A stretch of 64,000 nucleotides of DNA. Origin: Gemmatimonadales bacterium. Its GTDB lineage: Bacteria; Gemmatimonadota; Gemmatimonadetes; Gemmatimonadales; GWC2-71-9. Of the stretch, positions 24,755 through 34,886 are shown in pieces; position 1 is the first letter of the stretch, and each line of letters starts with the position of its first letter. The notes beneath the pieces were generated by a model, which had not been told where the DNA came from, ran no database searches, and worked only from the letters and a program-made list of their open reading frames with translations. The translations under genes and the position numbers were made by a program. The DNA lies in contig DASZCN010000011.1 of assembly GCA_035943095.1 (NCBI GenBank), positions 1,775 to 65,774 on the forward strand, written 5' to 3'.

Positions 24755-26660
24755 GAGCCGTGTGACCGGTGTCGGTGGGTGGCGGTGGAGGCGTCACGCC
24801 GCTGTCCGGGGGCGTGATCGTCGTGTCCTCGGCCGGAGGACCAGGGAGCAGCTGCATGGGGCGCGGAGCGGTGTCCGTGGGCAGCACGATTCGGATGTTG
24901 GACGCGACGGTCGTGTCGACGCCGAGATAGCGCCCGATCACGCGAGTCACGAGCGGGGCGACGTACGGCCCCTCGCGCGCGAATTCGACGATCGCTCCGA
25001 CGACGATCTCGGGCTTCTCGGCCGGGGCAAAACCGATGAACCATCCGTGCGCCGGACCGTGCGGATTCTGGGCGGTGCCGGTCTTCCCGGCAATCGCAAT
25101 GCTGCCCCCGAAGCGCGCCGCGCCTCGAGCCGTCCCACGCTCGACGACGCTGATCATCGCCTGCCGCAGGCCGGCGAGCTGGTCCGGCGCGAGCCCGAGG
25201 GTTAGCGCGGGTCCCGCGGTGGGGCGCACCACGTAGGGCGCGCGGGCGCGGCCGTCGCTCGCGAGCATCTGGTAGAACCGCACCATGTTCACGAGCGTCT
25301 GGGAGTTCTCCCCCTGACCGATGGCCAGGTTGAGCGTGACGGCGGACGTCCAGCGGCGGGGGCCGTACACTCGATCGTAGTAGTCGGTCCCGGTGGGGAA
25401 CAGCGCGGTCTTTTCATCCGGTAAATCGATCCCCGTGGGCGAGCGGAAGCCGAGGGCGGTGGCGTCCTCGAGCAGCGAGGTGAGGCCGAGCTTCAACCCC
25501 AGCTGGTAGAAGTAGACGTCGCAGCTCTGCGCAATCGCATCGGCGAGGGCCAGATCGCCGTGGCCCCTCCCATCCCAGCAACGGAAGAAGCGGTTGCCGT
25601 ACTGCAATCCGCCGCGACAGGGGATCGGCATGTGCGAGTGCAGCGTGACGATGCCGCGCTTGAGCGCCATCGCCGCCACGGCGAGTTTCCAGGTCGACCC
25701 GGGCGGGTACCGTCCCTTGATCGTCCGGTCGAAGAGGGGGTGCGCTTCGCTCTCGTTCAAGCGGCGCCAGTACTCCGGGTCCACGCCCCCAACGAACGCG
25801 TTCGGGTCGTACCCTGGCGCACTGTATAAGGCGAGGATCTCCCCGCTATTCGGGTTCATCGCGAGCACCGCGCCGCGTTGGCCTGCCGGGAAGATCTGAG
25901 CGATGTAACGCTGCAGGTCGAGGTCGATGGTCGTGTGGAGCGGCTTGCCCGGCACCGGCGCGAGGCGCGTGGCCGGTGGAGCCTCCCGGATCACGTGCCC
26001 CAGGGCACTCACTTCCACGAAGCGCACGCCGTCGAAGCCTCGCAGCGAGTCGTCGTACTCGCGCTCGAGACCATCCTTGCCGAGCAGCCCACCCAGCCGC
26101 ACCGCCGCGACGCGCTGTTGCGAGCGCTCGGCCTCGGTGAGCTCACCGACGTATCCCACGAGGTGGGCCGCCAGCGAGCTGTCCGGGTAGTGCCGCTTGG
26201 GCTCGGGCTGGATCAGCAAGCCCGGAAACAGCAGGCGCCGCTCTTCCAGGGCCGAGACCACCTCGAACGTGGCGCTCGGAAGCACCGCGATCGGCAGGTA
26301 GGGCGTCCGGCGATAGCGAGTCAAGACACGCTCGATCGCCTGGCTGTCGAGCTTTACGATCGGCGCCAGACGGCGCAGCGTCGCGCGCAGCGAGTCTTGA
26401 TCCGTCGCCGGCAGGAGCGAGACGGTGTAGCCGGTCACGTTCTCGGCGAGGATCTTGCCGTTCCGGTCGGTGATGATCCCGCGGGGCGCCGGCAGTGGAA
26501 TGGGCCGCAGCCGGTTGGTCTCGGATTGAAGCTGAAACGCGGAGTGCTCGAGGATCTGCGTCCGGAAGAATACGATCACGAGCGCGGCCAGCGCGCCCCA
26601 CACGACTCCGCGCACGACGCGCAGCCGCCGCTCGAGCAGGTGCGGGTGGAACGTGCTCAT
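24726..26660 (-). CDS. mrdA: Penicillin-binding protein 2 (elongasome transpeptidase)
   Basis: MSTFHPHLLERRLRV..RGIITDRNG..PPGSTWKL..SCDVYFY..AGKTGTAQ. Start ATG 26660 overlaps the mreD stop as ATGA. The track start 27239 is an extension. The C-terminal tail is Pro-rich. Confidence 0.9.
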   Translation of the reverse strand: MSTFHPHLLERRLRVVRGVVWGALAALVIVFFRTQILEHSAFQLQSETNRLRPIPLPAPRGIITDRNGKILAENVTGYTVSLLPATDQDSLRATLRRLAPIVKLDSQAIERVLTRYRRTPYLPIAVLPSATFEVVSALEERRLLFPGLLIQPEPKRHYPDSSLAAHLVGYVGELTEAERSQQRVAAVRLGGLLGKDGLEREYDDSLRGFDGVRFVEVSALGHVIREAPPATRLAPVPGKPLHTTIDLDLQRYIAQIFPAGQRGAVLAMNPNSGEILALYSAPGYDPNAFVGGVDPEYWRRLNESEAHPLFDRTIKGRYPPGSTWKLAVAAMALKRGIVTLHSHMPIPCRGGLQYGNRFFRCWDGRGHGDLALADAIAQSCDVYFYQLGLKLGLTSLLEDATALGFRSPTGIDLPDEKTALFPTGTDYYDRVYGPRRWTSAVTLNLAIGQGENSQTLVNMVRFYQMLASDGRARAPYVVRPTAGPALTLGLAPDQLAGLRQAMISVVERGTARGAARFGGSIAIAGKTGTAQNPHGPAHGWFIGFAPAEKPEIVVGAIVEFAREGPYVAPLVTRVIGRYLGVDTTVASNIRIVLPTDTAPRPMQLLPGPPAEDTTITPPDSGVTPPPPPTDTGHTAHAAPAPGTR

Positions 26661-27157
26661 GTCGCGTCGCTCAGGCGGATCGCGAGGTGGCGCCCGAACA
26701 GCCAGAGGACGAGCACGCCCGCCACGGCCGTCGTGAGACTCTGAATCGGCGACCACACGAGCAGCTCCCAGCCCAGCAAGCCGCCCTTGAGCTTCCCGGA
26801 TGCGAGGGCCACCGCCAGGTTGCGGAACCACGTGCCGGCGAAAAAGAGGCACCCATTCACGAACAGGTTCTCCGCGAAGAACACTGCCTTGCTCCAAGAG
26901 GAGAGATACCCCACGAGCGTGTGCGCGAGCGCCCCTGCCCCGAAGGACGCGGGCGTCAACGCGTCGCGCACGAGGCCCACGAGAAAACCGGCAGCCGCGC
27001 TGGGTCCGGGCCGGGCTCGGATCGTATAGATCAGGAGCGCGAGGAGCAGGAAGTCCGGCGCCACCCGGTCGTCCCCGAGCCGGCCGCGCAGCGAGAATTG
27101 CAGCACGACCAGCACGCCGAGGATGACGTAGAAGCGGTACTTGTCGGTCCGCCTCAC
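26657..27157 (-). CDS. mreD: Rod shape-determining protein MreD
   Basis: 166-aa multi-pass membrane protein located between mreC and mrdA. Confidence 0.75.
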   Translation of the reverse strand: MRRTDKYRFYVILGVLVVLQFSLRGRLGDDRVAPDFLLLALLIYTIRARPGPSAAAGFLVGLVRDALTPASFGAGALAHTLVGYLSSWSKAVFFAENLFVNGCLFFAGTWFRNLAVALASGKLKGGLLGWELLVWSPIQSLTTAVAGVLVLWLFGRHLAIRLSDAT

Positions 27158-28047
27158 GGCTTTTCCCCGGTTCCGCTCCCACCGTCCCCGACTCCTCCGC
27201 CGCTCCCGCTGCCCGATTCGAAGACCGAGCGCAGGTCACTGCGGGTGGGCGGCCCGGTGAGGATCATGACGTGGCTCACCGCCGCCGGTTGTACAGCGGG
27301 TCGGATGAGATAGGTCCGCTCCCACCCCTCGGCCTCTGCCGCCACCCCCACGACTGTCCCGATCGGGATGCCACGTGGGAGCACTCCACCCAGTCCCGAC
27401 GTGAGAATCAGGGTTCCATTAGGAACCAACTGTCGATAGGCTACGCCCTGCAGCTCGAGCAGCCAAACCCGCGGTCCCTCGGTACCGTGCGGCGCGACGA
27501 TGCCATACACGCTCCCGTCCGCCGCCATGGCGCTGGCCCGGAAGTCGGGATGCGCCCAGGTGACCACGACGCCCGATTGGGCATCCACCGAGCTCACGAT
27601 GCCGACGAGCCCCTCGGGACTCACGACCGCCGTGAGGGGCTTCACTCCCTGCTTTTTACCGGCCGAGATGATGAACGTGAGGTTACCGCTCGGCTCCGGC
27701 TCGTGCAGGACCTCGGCCGGGATGTAGCCTCCGGAGAGTCGCTGGCCCAGACCCAGGAGGCCTCGGAGGCGGACGTTTTCCCCGCGCAGCTCCGACAGGA
27801 AGGTGGCGGCCAAGGTCGCGGAATCGCGCTGCGCCACCACGATCTGATAGCGCAACAGCGACGCGGAGAGGAGCTCGGTCTTCTCTTGCAGCGTGAGAAA
27901 CGGGGCCAGCACCGTCTGGCGCAGCCCGCGCGCCAGGGGATCGCGGACGCGCTCGGGCAAACTCATCGCGGCGACCGACAGCAGGACGCACCCGATAAAG
28001 GCGAGCGTATCGGCGCGCGACGCGTAGCGGTCCGCTCCGAGCACCAT
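27154..28047 (-). CDS. mreC: Rod shape-determining protein MreC
   Basis: N-terminal anchor, coiled region (..LRGENVRLRGLLGL..), then ..GLVGIVSSV..GIPIGTV.. The C-terminal tail is Gly/Ser-rich. Confidence 0.85.
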   Translation of the reverse strand: MVLGADRYASRADTLAFIGCVLLSVAAMSLPERVRDPLARGLRQTVLAPFLTLQEKTELLSASLLRYQIVVAQRDSATLAATFLSELRGENVRLRGLLGLGQRLSGGYIPAEVLHEPEPSGNLTFIISAGKKQGVKPLTAVVSPEGLVGIVSSVDAQSGVVVTWAHPDFRASAMAADGSVYGIVAPHGTEGPRVWLLELQGVAYRQLVPNGTLILTSGLGGVLPRGIPIGTVVGVAAEAEGWERTYLIRPAVQPAAVSHVMILTGPPTRSDLRSVFESGSGSGGGVGDGGSGTGEKP

Positions 28048-28051
28048 CGGA

Positions 28052-29095
28052 TCAGGTGGTCAGGACGTTGCGGTATTTCTCCGGGTCGTCGAGGATCCGT
28101 CCGGTCCCCCGCACGACGCAGGTCATCGGGTCCTCGTCGAGGTGGATCGGCAGGCCCGTCTCCTGTTGCAGCAACACGTCCAGGCCGCGGATCAGCGCGC
28201 CCCCGCCCGTCATCACAATCCCGCGGTCCACGATGTCCGACGCCAGCTCCGGCGGCGTGATCTCGAGCGCGCGCCGCACGGCGTCCACGATCTGCTGGAT
28301 CGGCTCCTGCACCGCCTCCCGAATCTCACTCGAGTGCACGCGGACGATCTTCGGGATGCCCGAGACGAGGTCGCGCCCCTTCACCTCCATCTCGCGCTCT
28401 TCCCCGACCGGCGCGGCAGACCCGATCTGAATCTTGATCTGCTCTGCGGTGGGCTCGCCGATCAGGAGGTTGTAATTCTTGCGCATGAACTGCACGATCG
28501 CCTGGTCCAGCTCGTCGCCGCCCGTGCGGATGGACGTGTCCGAGACGATGCCCGACAGGGCGATCACGGCGATCTCCGTCGTGCCGCCGCCGATATCGAT
28601 CACCATGTTGCCGGTCGGCGTCTCGACCGGGAGGCCCACGCCGATCGCGGCAGCCATGGGCTCGGCGACCATGTAGACTTCCTTCGCACCCGCCGACTGC
28701 GCCGAATCCCGCACCGCCCGCTTCTCCACCTCGGTGATGCCGGATGGCACGCACACGATCACCTTGGGCTTCACGCGGAACAGGTGGCGGTCGATGATGG
28801 TCTTCAGGAAGAAACGCAGCATCTTTTCGGTCACGTCGAAGTCGGCGATCACGCCGTCCTTCAGCGGTCGCACCGCGAGGATCCCATCCGGCGTCCGGCC
28901 GAGCATCCGTTTGGCTTCGAGCCCGATGCCCTTGATTTTCCCCGTCGCCTTTTCGATCGCGACGACCGAGGGCTCGTTCAACACGATGCCCTCGCCCTTC
29001 ACGTAGATCAGGGTGTTCGCGGTGCCCAGATCCACGGCGATTTCATTCGCCGGGCTCCAGGCTCCAAGCTTGAAATTCGGCCAGCGTAGGGGCAC
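28052..29095 (-). CDS. mreB: Rod shape-determining actin homologue MreB
   Basis: ..[41 protein letters not shown].. I chose GTG 29095, giving 347 aa. The track ORF start at 30007 is a long artefactual extension. Confidence 0.9.
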   Translation of the reverse strand: MPLRWPNFKLGAWSPANEIAVDLGTANTLIYVKGEGIVLNEPSVVAIEKATGKIKGIGLEAKRMLGRTPDGILAVRPLKDGVIADFDVTEKMLRFFLKTIIDRHLFRVKPKVIVCVPSGITEVEKRAVRDSAQSAGAKEVYMVAEPMAAAIGVGLPVETPTGNMVIDIGGGTTEIAVIALSGIVSDTSIRTGGDELDQAIVQFMRKNYNLLIGEPTAEQIKIQIGSAAPVGEEREMEVKGRDLVSGIPKIVRVHSSEIREAVQEPIQQIVDAVRRALEITPPELASDIVDRGIVMTGGGALIRGLDVLLQQETGLPIHLDEDPMTCVVRGTGRILDDPEKYRNVLTT

Positions 29096-29181
29096 AGGGG
29101 CACGAAGTCGTTGTGAAAGTGGTCGGGCGGGCGCGCGCGAGCGCCTCAAGCTAATGAAAAGCGTAACTTCAAGCAAGGCTG

Positions 29182-29424
29182 ATGCTTGACGGCTCTTTCG
29201 CCGGCGGCTACCGTTCGCCCATGCGACGCGCGCAGACCCCGTCCGAGATCGCGGTGGTGGACCTTCGGGTGTGCGACCGCTGCGGTCTCTGCCTGCCGTT
29301 GTGCCCGCCCGAAGCGATTCACCTGGAGCTCGCCGATCTGGTAGTGGATCGTGAAGCCTGCACCGGCTGCCGCAAGTGCATCGCTCCATGCCCGGTAGGC
29401 GCGCTGGCGATGGCAGCCGCGTGA
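29182..29424 (+). CDS. 2x[4Fe-4S] ferredoxin
   Basis: Two CxxCxxCxxxCP motifs: [12 protein letters not shown] and [12 protein letters not shown]. The start may be ATG 29221. The stop overlaps the next start as GTGA (29421..29424). Confidence 0.8.
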   Translation: MLDGSFAGGYRSPMRRAQTPSEIAVVDLRVCDRCGLCLPLCPPEAIHLELADLVVDREACTGCRKCIAPCPVGALAMAAA

Positions 29425-30605
29425 TACGCGACACCGATGTGCTGGTCATTGGTGCGGGTCCGGCCGGCGCCGTCGCCGCGCTTGAAGCGAAGCGCGCCGC
29501 GCCAGCGCTCGATGTGGTGTTGCTCGAGCGCGACGCCCTCGTTGGTTCTCCGGTGCGGTGTGCCGAGGGCGTAGGCGACGCCGGGTTGCACGAGTTCGCG
29601 GACCCGGCTGGGGGGAAGGCACCGTGGGTCGCGCGCAAGATCACCCGCGTGATCTTCCTTGCGCCGGACGACACCGAAGTCAAGGTGGCCGAGCGCGACG
29701 TGGGCTGGATTCTCGATCGCACGCGATTCGACGCGTTTCTGGCCGCACGCGCGGCGAGCGAGGGCGTCGAGGTGCTGGTCGGCACCGAGGCTGCGGGCAT
29801 GGATCGGCTGGCCGATGGTCGTTGGCAGGTACGCCTGCGCGGCGTTCCCGGCGACGACGCCATGCGCGCGCGCATGGTGATCGGCGCGGACGGCGTCGAG
29901 GCCATGGTCGGCCGCTGGGCGGGCCTCGACACCCGCGTACCAGCCCGGGACATGGAGTCGTGCGCGCAATACGTGCTGCGGGGGATCGACTTCGATCCCG
30001 ACGCCATCTACCTGCAGTTCGGGCGTGGCATCGCCCCTGGGGGCTACGCATGGGTCTTCCCCCGCGCACCAGGGGTCGCGAACGTCGGCCTCGGCCTCGT
30101 CGCTCTGAAAGCCGACGGCCGGAACGCCCAGGAATACCTGGATGCCTGGATCGCGCGCCGTTACCCTGGCGCGGAACGGGTCGGCTACACGGTTGGCGGC
30201 GTCATCACGCATACCACGATCAGGCAGACCTACACGGATGGCGTGCTCGTCGCCGGGGACGCCGCGCACATGATCAACCCCCTGTCAGGCGGCGGCATCG
30301 TCAACGCCATGAAGGCCGGCCGTCTGGCGGGCCGCGCCGCAGCGGGCGCGGTCTGCGCGGGGGATACGAGCGCGCCGCGCCTGTCGGCCTACCACAGCGA
30401 CTGGATGAGGCTGCTCGGCGATGACCACCTCAAGTATTACCGCATCAAGCAGGCGCTCGAGGACCTGGACGATGGGTTCTTCAATTCCCTGGCACGGACC
30501 GTGAATGCCATCCCGCGCGAGAAGCGGACCTTGGGTCGGATTTTTGCGCAGGCGCTGGTACGACATCCGCAGCTGATTCCGGTGGCGGCGCGGTTCTTCA
30601 TGTGA
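29421..30605 (+). CDS. Geranylgeranyl reductase family FAD-dependent oxidoreductase
   Basis: [15 protein letters not shown] (FAD dinucleotide fold)..[44 protein letters not shown].. GTG 29421 is in frame with track ORF 29376. Confidence 0.8.
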   Translation: MIRDTDVLVIGAGPAGAVAALEAKRAAPALDVVLLERDALVGSPVRCAEGVGDAGLHEFADPAGGKAPWVARKITRVIFLAPDDTEVKVAERDVGWILDRTRFDAFLAARAASEGVEVLVGTEAAGMDRLADGRWQVRLRGVPGDDAMRARMVIGADGVEAMVGRWAGLDTRVPARDMESCAQYVLRGIDFDPDAIYLQFGRGIAPGGYAWVFPRAPGVANVGLGLVALKADGRNAQEYLDAWIARRYPGAERVGYTVGGVITHTTIRQTYTDGVLVAGDAAHMINPLSGGGIVNAMKAGRLAGRAAAGAVCAGDTSAPRLSAYHSDWMRLLGDDHLKYYRIKQALEDLDDGFFNSLARTVNAIPREKRTLGRIFAQALVRHPQLIPVAARFFM

Positions 30606-30609
30606 AACA

Positions 30610-30677
30610 GGGAGAGGGGAAGAGGGAGAGGTACCTTTGGGTGCATCGGAGGGTACCGCTCCCCGCTCCCTGCTCCC
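30610..30677 (+). promoter_or_regulatory. Long imperfect hairpin (26-nt purine-rich arm, 16-nt loop, 26-nt pyrimidine-rich arm) between the reductase stop and the fabI RBS
   Basis: GGGAGAGGGGAAGAGGGAGAGGTACC (30610..30635) pairs with GGTACCGCTCCCCGCTCCCTGCTCCC (30652..30677). By hand pairing I get 20 Watson-Crick pairs plus 1 GU out of 26. Confidence 0.45.
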
Positions 30678-30691
30678 GTTAAGGGAGAGTG

Positions 30692-31594
30692 ATGCTCAGC
30701 ATCGACCTGAGAGGCAAACGAGCACTGGTGGCAGGCGTCGCTGACGACGCCGGGTACGGCTTCGCGATCGCGAAGGCGCTGGCCGAAGCCGGCGCCACCG
30801 TTTGTACGGGCACCTGGCCGCCGGCGCTCAACATCTTCCTCAACCTGCTCGAGCGGGGGAAGATCGACGACTCGCGCCGCATGCCGGACGGCTCCCTGCT
30901 CCAATTCGAGAAGATCTATCCCCTGGACGCCGCGTACGATGCCCTGACGGACGCGCCGGAGGAGATCCGGAGCAACAAGCGCTACAAGGACGTGGGCGAC
31001 TTCTCCGTGGCGGGGCTGGCGCAACGGATGGTACAGGATTTCGGCGATCGACCACTCGATATCGTTGTCCACTCGCTCGCCAACGGGCCTGAAGTGAAGA
31101 AGCCGCTCCTCGAAACGAGCCGCACCGGATACCTCACCGCCGTGAGCGTGAGCGCGTATTCCCTCGTCTCACTGGTGGCGCGCCTCGGTCCCCTCACGCG
31201 CTCGGGCGGGTCCTTCCTCTCCCTCACGTACATGGCGAGCGAGCGCGTGGTCCCGGGCTATGGTGGCGGCATGTCGTCCGCGAAAGCGGCCCTCGAGAGC
31301 GATACGCGCACGCTCGCGTTCGAAGCGGGGCGCAAACACGGCATTCGCGTCAACACGATTTCGGCTGGACCGCTCGCGTCCCGGGCCGCGAGCGCGATCG
31401 GCAAGATCGAGCGGATGGTCGAGTACTACGCGGCGAATGCCCCGCTCACTGAGCCTCTGACCGCTCGGGAAGTAGGCACGACCGCGGCGTTTCTCGCGAG
31501 TCCCCTGGGAAGCGGCATCACAGGGACGACGATCTATGTGGACAAAGGCTACCATGCGATGGGAGCAGCGGTGGCGACGGGGAATGTCCTTTAG
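30692..31594 (+). CDS. fabI: Enoyl-ACP reductase FabI (long, plant/chlamydia-like type)
   Basis: [65 protein letters not shown].. The SD AAGGGAGAG sits directly upstream of ATG 30692. Confidence 0.85.
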   Translation: MLSIDLRGKRALVAGVADDAGYGFAIAKALAEAGATVCTGTWPPALNIFLNLLERGKIDDSRRMPDGSLLQFEKIYPLDAAYDALTDAPEEIRSNKRYKDVGDFSVAGLAQRMVQDFGDRPLDIVVHSLANGPEVKKPLLETSRTGYLTAVSVSAYSLVSLVARLGPLTRSGGSFLSLTYMASERVVPGYGGGMSSAKAALESDTRTLAFEAGRKHGIRVNTISAGPLASRAASAIGKIERMVEYYAANAPLTEPLTAREVGTTAAFLASPLGSGITGTTIYVDKGYHAMGAAVATGNVL

Positions 31595-32418
31595 ACCGGC
31601 GTCCGGTGCGGCGATACCCGGGCACCGGACACCAGGGACCGGACACCTTGCATCATGCTCGTCCCCACTGCGCACCGGTTCGCCGCGTGTGCCACAAGCC
31701 TCCCCAGCGTCCCCAGTGAGTCGGGTCGCAGGCCCAGCGGAACCTCTCCCACGTCCCAGGCGTACACCGGCACGCGAGACAGATTGAGGAGCGATCCGTT
31801 CCCACAGACACCACCGAAGCCCAGCTCATAGCCCGCCGCGCGCGCCGCTGCCTCGACCTCCGCATCCCGGGCCCCGAACGGATAAGCCACCGCTCGCCCC
31901 GCTCCCGTCCCCAGCCTGCGGATCAGCGTCTCGCGCGATCGCTCGAGCTCCGCGGCCCTCTCGCCCTCGGCCAACCACGTCAAGCGGGCGTGGGATGCCG
32001 AATGCGACGCGAACTCGAACCCGCGGCTCTGCCACTGAGTGATCGCCTCCCAATCGAGGTGCCTGAGGCGGCGCCACGTGTACCGAACATCCCAGGCGTT
32101 GTCGCGACCGACGAAATCGGTCACGAGAAACGTCACGGCCGTGAACCCCAGGTCGGCAAGGACCGGATAGGCGTGCTCCGCGAGCGAGGCATAGCCGTCG
32201 TCGAAGGAAACGAGGAAGGAGCGTGGCGGAGGGACGGACGACCCGCCCGGCTGGGCTCGGCGAGTGAACTCATTCAGGGTGAGCGTCGTCCACCCCGCGT
32301 TCGCGAGCGCCGTCATCTGGCGTTGGAACACCGCGCCGCGCACCCGCGTGACGCCGAGCTCGAGCGGCCCGCCGACCCTGTGGTAGCACAGAACCGGAGG
32401 CCTGGCCGCGCGCGTCAC
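31591..32418 (-). CDS. Polysaccharide deacetylase (NodB-fold) family protein
   Basis: [46 protein letters not shown] 32418 overlaps the upstream stop as GTGA. Confidence 0.75.
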   Translation of the reverse strand: MTRAARPPVLCYHRVGGPLELGVTRVRGAVFQRQMTALANAGWTTLTLNEFTRRAQPGGSSVPPPRSFLVSFDDGYASLAEHAYPVLADLGFTAVTFLVTDFVGRDNAWDVRYTWRRLRHLDWEAITQWQSRGFEFASHSASHARLTWLAEGERAAELERSRETLIRRLGTGAGRAVAYPFGARDAEVEAAARAAGYELGFGGVCGNGSLLNLSRVPVYAWDVGEVPLGLRPDSLGTLGRLVAHAANRCAVGTSMMQGVRSLVSGARVSPHRTPV

Positions 32419-33242
32419 GCCAGGTCCCCGCCCGCGGACGGCCACACCCCGTTCGCCAAGGCCGCCGACGCGTCGGCGCAGCGCGACGCGGGCTCGGGGT
32501 CGCGACACCGCCGGCCCAGCTCGGCGAGCCAGGGAGGCACCGAGCGCATCTCCTCGGGCGAGCCCGCTCCATCGACCGGCGGCCGCCCCGTCAACATCTC
32601 GTGCAGAATCACACCCACGGCGAACACATCGTCGCGTGCCCCCACGCCGGCGGCGCCATTCCGGCGCTCGGGTGCGAGGTACTCCGTGGTGCAGAGAGCC
32701 TCCACGATGGCGCCGTAGGCTTTTCCGCGAACGCTCGCGTCGAGCGAGCGTTCCACGGTGCTGAAGATGCCGGTGTCGGCGACCAGAACCTGTCCGTCCG
32801 CCAGGAGGACATGCTCGGGCTTCAGGTCGCCGTGGGCCACGCCCGCCGCGTGGGCATGCGCGAGCGCCGCGAGTATTTGGTGGAGGATTTCCACGGCGCG
32901 ACGCAACGGGAGCTCACCTTGCCGAGCCACCCACGCGCGCAGCGTGGTGCCGTGGACGAACGGCCTGGTGTGGTAGACGAACGAGCCGGCACGGCCGCCG
33001 CCACGCGGGACGACGAGCCCGGGATGGGACAAGCGGTCGCCGAGGGCGATGAGGTTCGCGGCGAACCGCGACTCGTCGACACCGAGCGATAACGATGTGG
33101 GCAGGACCTTCACCAGCATCTCCGCCCCGGTGGACTGGTCGAGGGCCACGAACATACGACAGTCTCCGACCGGCCGGACTTCGCGCTCTACCCGGTAGGT
33201 CGGCCCCAGTACCTGCCCCAGCGCCCCGCGGATGTCGGCCAC
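32415..33242 (-). CDS. Stand-alone degenerate Hanks-type kinase domain (possible pseudokinase)
   Basis: Kinase fold is recognisable (..MLVKVL..HGDLKPEHVLL..VADTG..EYLAPER..DVFAVGVILHEMLTGRPP). There is no Gly-rich loop, HRD is replaced by HGD, and the catalytic-loop Asn is His (32811..32834). GTG 33242 chosen (MADIRGALGQVLGPTYRVEREV). Confidence 0.6.
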   Translation of the reverse strand: MADIRGALGQVLGPTYRVEREVRPVGDCRMFVALDQSTGAEMLVKVLPTSLSLGVDESRFAANLIALGDRLSHPGLVVPRGGGRAGSFVYHTRPFVHGTTLRAWVARQGELPLRRAVEILHQILAALAHAHAAGVAHGDLKPEHVLLADGQVLVADTGIFSTVERSLDASVRGKAYGAIVEALCTTEYLAPERRNGAAGVGARDDVFAVGVILHEMLTGRPPVDGAGSPEEMRSVPPWLAELGRRCRDPEPASRCADASAALANGVWPSAGGDLA

Positions 33243-33306
33243 GCACCAATACCTCGGCGACGGACGTTCGAAGCGTAACGCGAGAGGCCTTGGCTCGCTA
33301 CGGACG

Positions 33307-33762
33307 TTAGGCGCCCGTACTCCCGAATCCGCCCTGCCCTCGCTCGGTCGGCGGCAGCTCACTGACCTCCTCGAGCTCCACGGCCTCGACCCGTTGAAAT
33401 ACCAGCTGGGCGATCCGCATGCCCCACTCCACCGCCACGGGCTCGGTGCCGAGGTTGATCATGGCGACCAGAAGTTCACCGCGGTAGTCCGAGTCGATGG
33501 TCGCAGGTGTGTTGGGGAGGGTCAGGCCGTGCTTCAACGCAAGGCCGGAACGGGGGCGAACCTGCGCTTCGTACCCCGGCGGGATGGCGAGCGCGAGCCC
33601 CGTCCGAACCAGACGACGCTCGAGGGGCTGAAGCGTGAAGTCCTGGTCGGCGCTGGCCAGGTCGTAGCCGGCGGCGCCGGCGGATTGTCTGGTCGGGAGA
33701 GGCAGGCCGTCGTGGTGCGGCAGTCGCAGGACCCGGACCACAGGCGGCCGCCTGACCATCAC
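33307..33762 (-). CDS. dut: dUTP diphosphatase
   Basis: ..[43 protein letters not shown]. Confidence 0.92.
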   Translation of the reverse strand: MMVRRPPVVRVLRLPHHDGLPLPTRQSAGAAGYDLASADQDFTLQPLERRLVRTGLALAIPPGYEAQVRPRSGLALKHGLTLPNTPATIDSDYRGELLVAMINLGTEPVAVEWGMRIAQLVFQRVEAVELEEVSELPPTERGQGGFGSTGA

Positions 33763-33763
33763 A

Positions 33764-34876
33764 TCACACCAGGGTCTTCGGGTCCGCGGAGGGAAGTCCG
33801 AACGTCTCGGCGACCGCGGGATAGACCACTTTCCCCTCGATCACGTTGAGGCCCAGGAACAGAGCGGGGTCCTCTTTACAGGCCTGCTTCCAGCCAGTGC
33901 GCGCCAGGCGCTTGGCGTAGGGAAACGTCGCGTTGGTGAGGCCGAGCGTCGAGGTGCGGGGGACCCCTCCGGGCATGTTGGCCACGGCATAATGAATGAT
34001 GCCGTCCACCACGTACACGGGATTCTCGTGCGTCGTGGGTTTGCTCGTCTCGATGCACCCTCCCTGATCGACGGCCACGTCGACGATCACGGAACCAGGC
34101 TTCATGAGCTTCAGATCGTCGCGCCGTACCAGCTTCGGCGCCTTCGCTCCGGGGAGCAACACGGCGCCGATCACGAGGTCGGCTCGCCGGAGCTGCTCCA
34201 TGAGGTTGTGGCGGTTCGAGTAGAGGAGATCGACGTTGGAGGGGAGTACATCGGCGAGGTAGCGCAGGCGGTCGAGCGAGAGATCGAGCAGCGTCACGCG
34301 CGCGCCCAGGCCGGCGGCCATCTTCGCCGCGTTCGCGCCGACCACGCCGCCGCCGATGATCAGCACCTCGGCGGGAAGGACACCGGGGACGCCTCCCAAC
34401 AGAATGCCGCTTCCCCCGTACACCTTCTCCAGGTACTTGGCGCCCTCTTGCACCGCCATCCGCCCGGCCACCTCGCTCATCGGGGTGAGCAGCGGCAGCT
34501 CCCCCGAGCCGAGCTGCACCGTCTCGTAGGCGATCGCGATGATGCCCGACTTGATGACCGCCCGCGTGAGCGGCTCCGACGCGGCGAAGTGGAAGTACGT
34601 GAACACGACCTGGCCCTTGCGCATGCACGGCCACTCGGGCTCGATCGGCTCCTTGACCTTGACGATCATGTCCGCCTTGGCCCACACCTCGCCCGCCTTC
34701 GTCACCAGGGTAGCGCCGGCCGCGCGGTACGCGTCGTCTCCGAAGCCCGATCCAACCCCCGCACCCTGCTCGATCAGCACGCTGTGGCCATCGCTCACCA
34801 GCGACTCCGCTCCCGCGGGCACGAGGGCCACGCGGTTCTCCGCCGTCTTGATTTCCTTGGGCACGCCGACGATCAT
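33764..34876 (-). CDS. ald: Alanine dehydrogenase
   Basis: [36 protein letters not shown].. Strong SD (GGGGAGAAGG) before ATG 34876. The track start 35029 is an extension. Confidence 0.9.
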   Translation of the reverse strand: MIVGVPKEIKTAENRVALVPAGAESLVSDGHSVLIEQGAGVGSGFGDDAYRAAGATLVTKAGEVWAKADMIVKVKEPIEPEWPCMRKGQVVFTYFHFAASEPLTRAVIKSGIIAIAYETVQLGSGELPLLTPMSEVAGRMAVQEGAKYLEKVYGGSGILLGGVPGVLPAEVLIIGGGVVGANAAKMAAGLGARVTLLDLSLDRLRYLADVLPSNVDLLYSNRHNLMEQLRRADLVIGAVLLPGAKAPKLVRRDDLKLMKPGSVIVDVAVDQGGCIETSKPTTHENPVYVVDGIIHYAVANMPGGVPRTSTLGLTNATFPYAKRLARTGWKQACKEDPALFLGLNVIEGKVVYPAVAETFGLPSADPKTLV

Positions 34877-34886
34877 GCCTTCTCCC

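Noticed and set aside
28052-30007. ORF-track 5' extensions, for example mreB as 651 aa, PBP2 as 837 aa, accD as 510 aa, dxr as 631 aa, rseP as 679 aa, ppk from 4910 and ald from 35029
   Set aside because: The extensions overlap upstream genes and encode Arg/Pro/Ala-rich junk. Homology-consistent internal starts coincide with ATGA/GTGA stop-start overlaps or SD sequences.
30665-30677. 13-mer GCTCCCTGCTCCC shared with 57453..57465
   Set aside because: By a rough estimate, dozens of chance 13-mer pairs are expected in 64 kb of biased, low-complexity GC-rich DNA. The second copy lies inside the cmk coding sequence.
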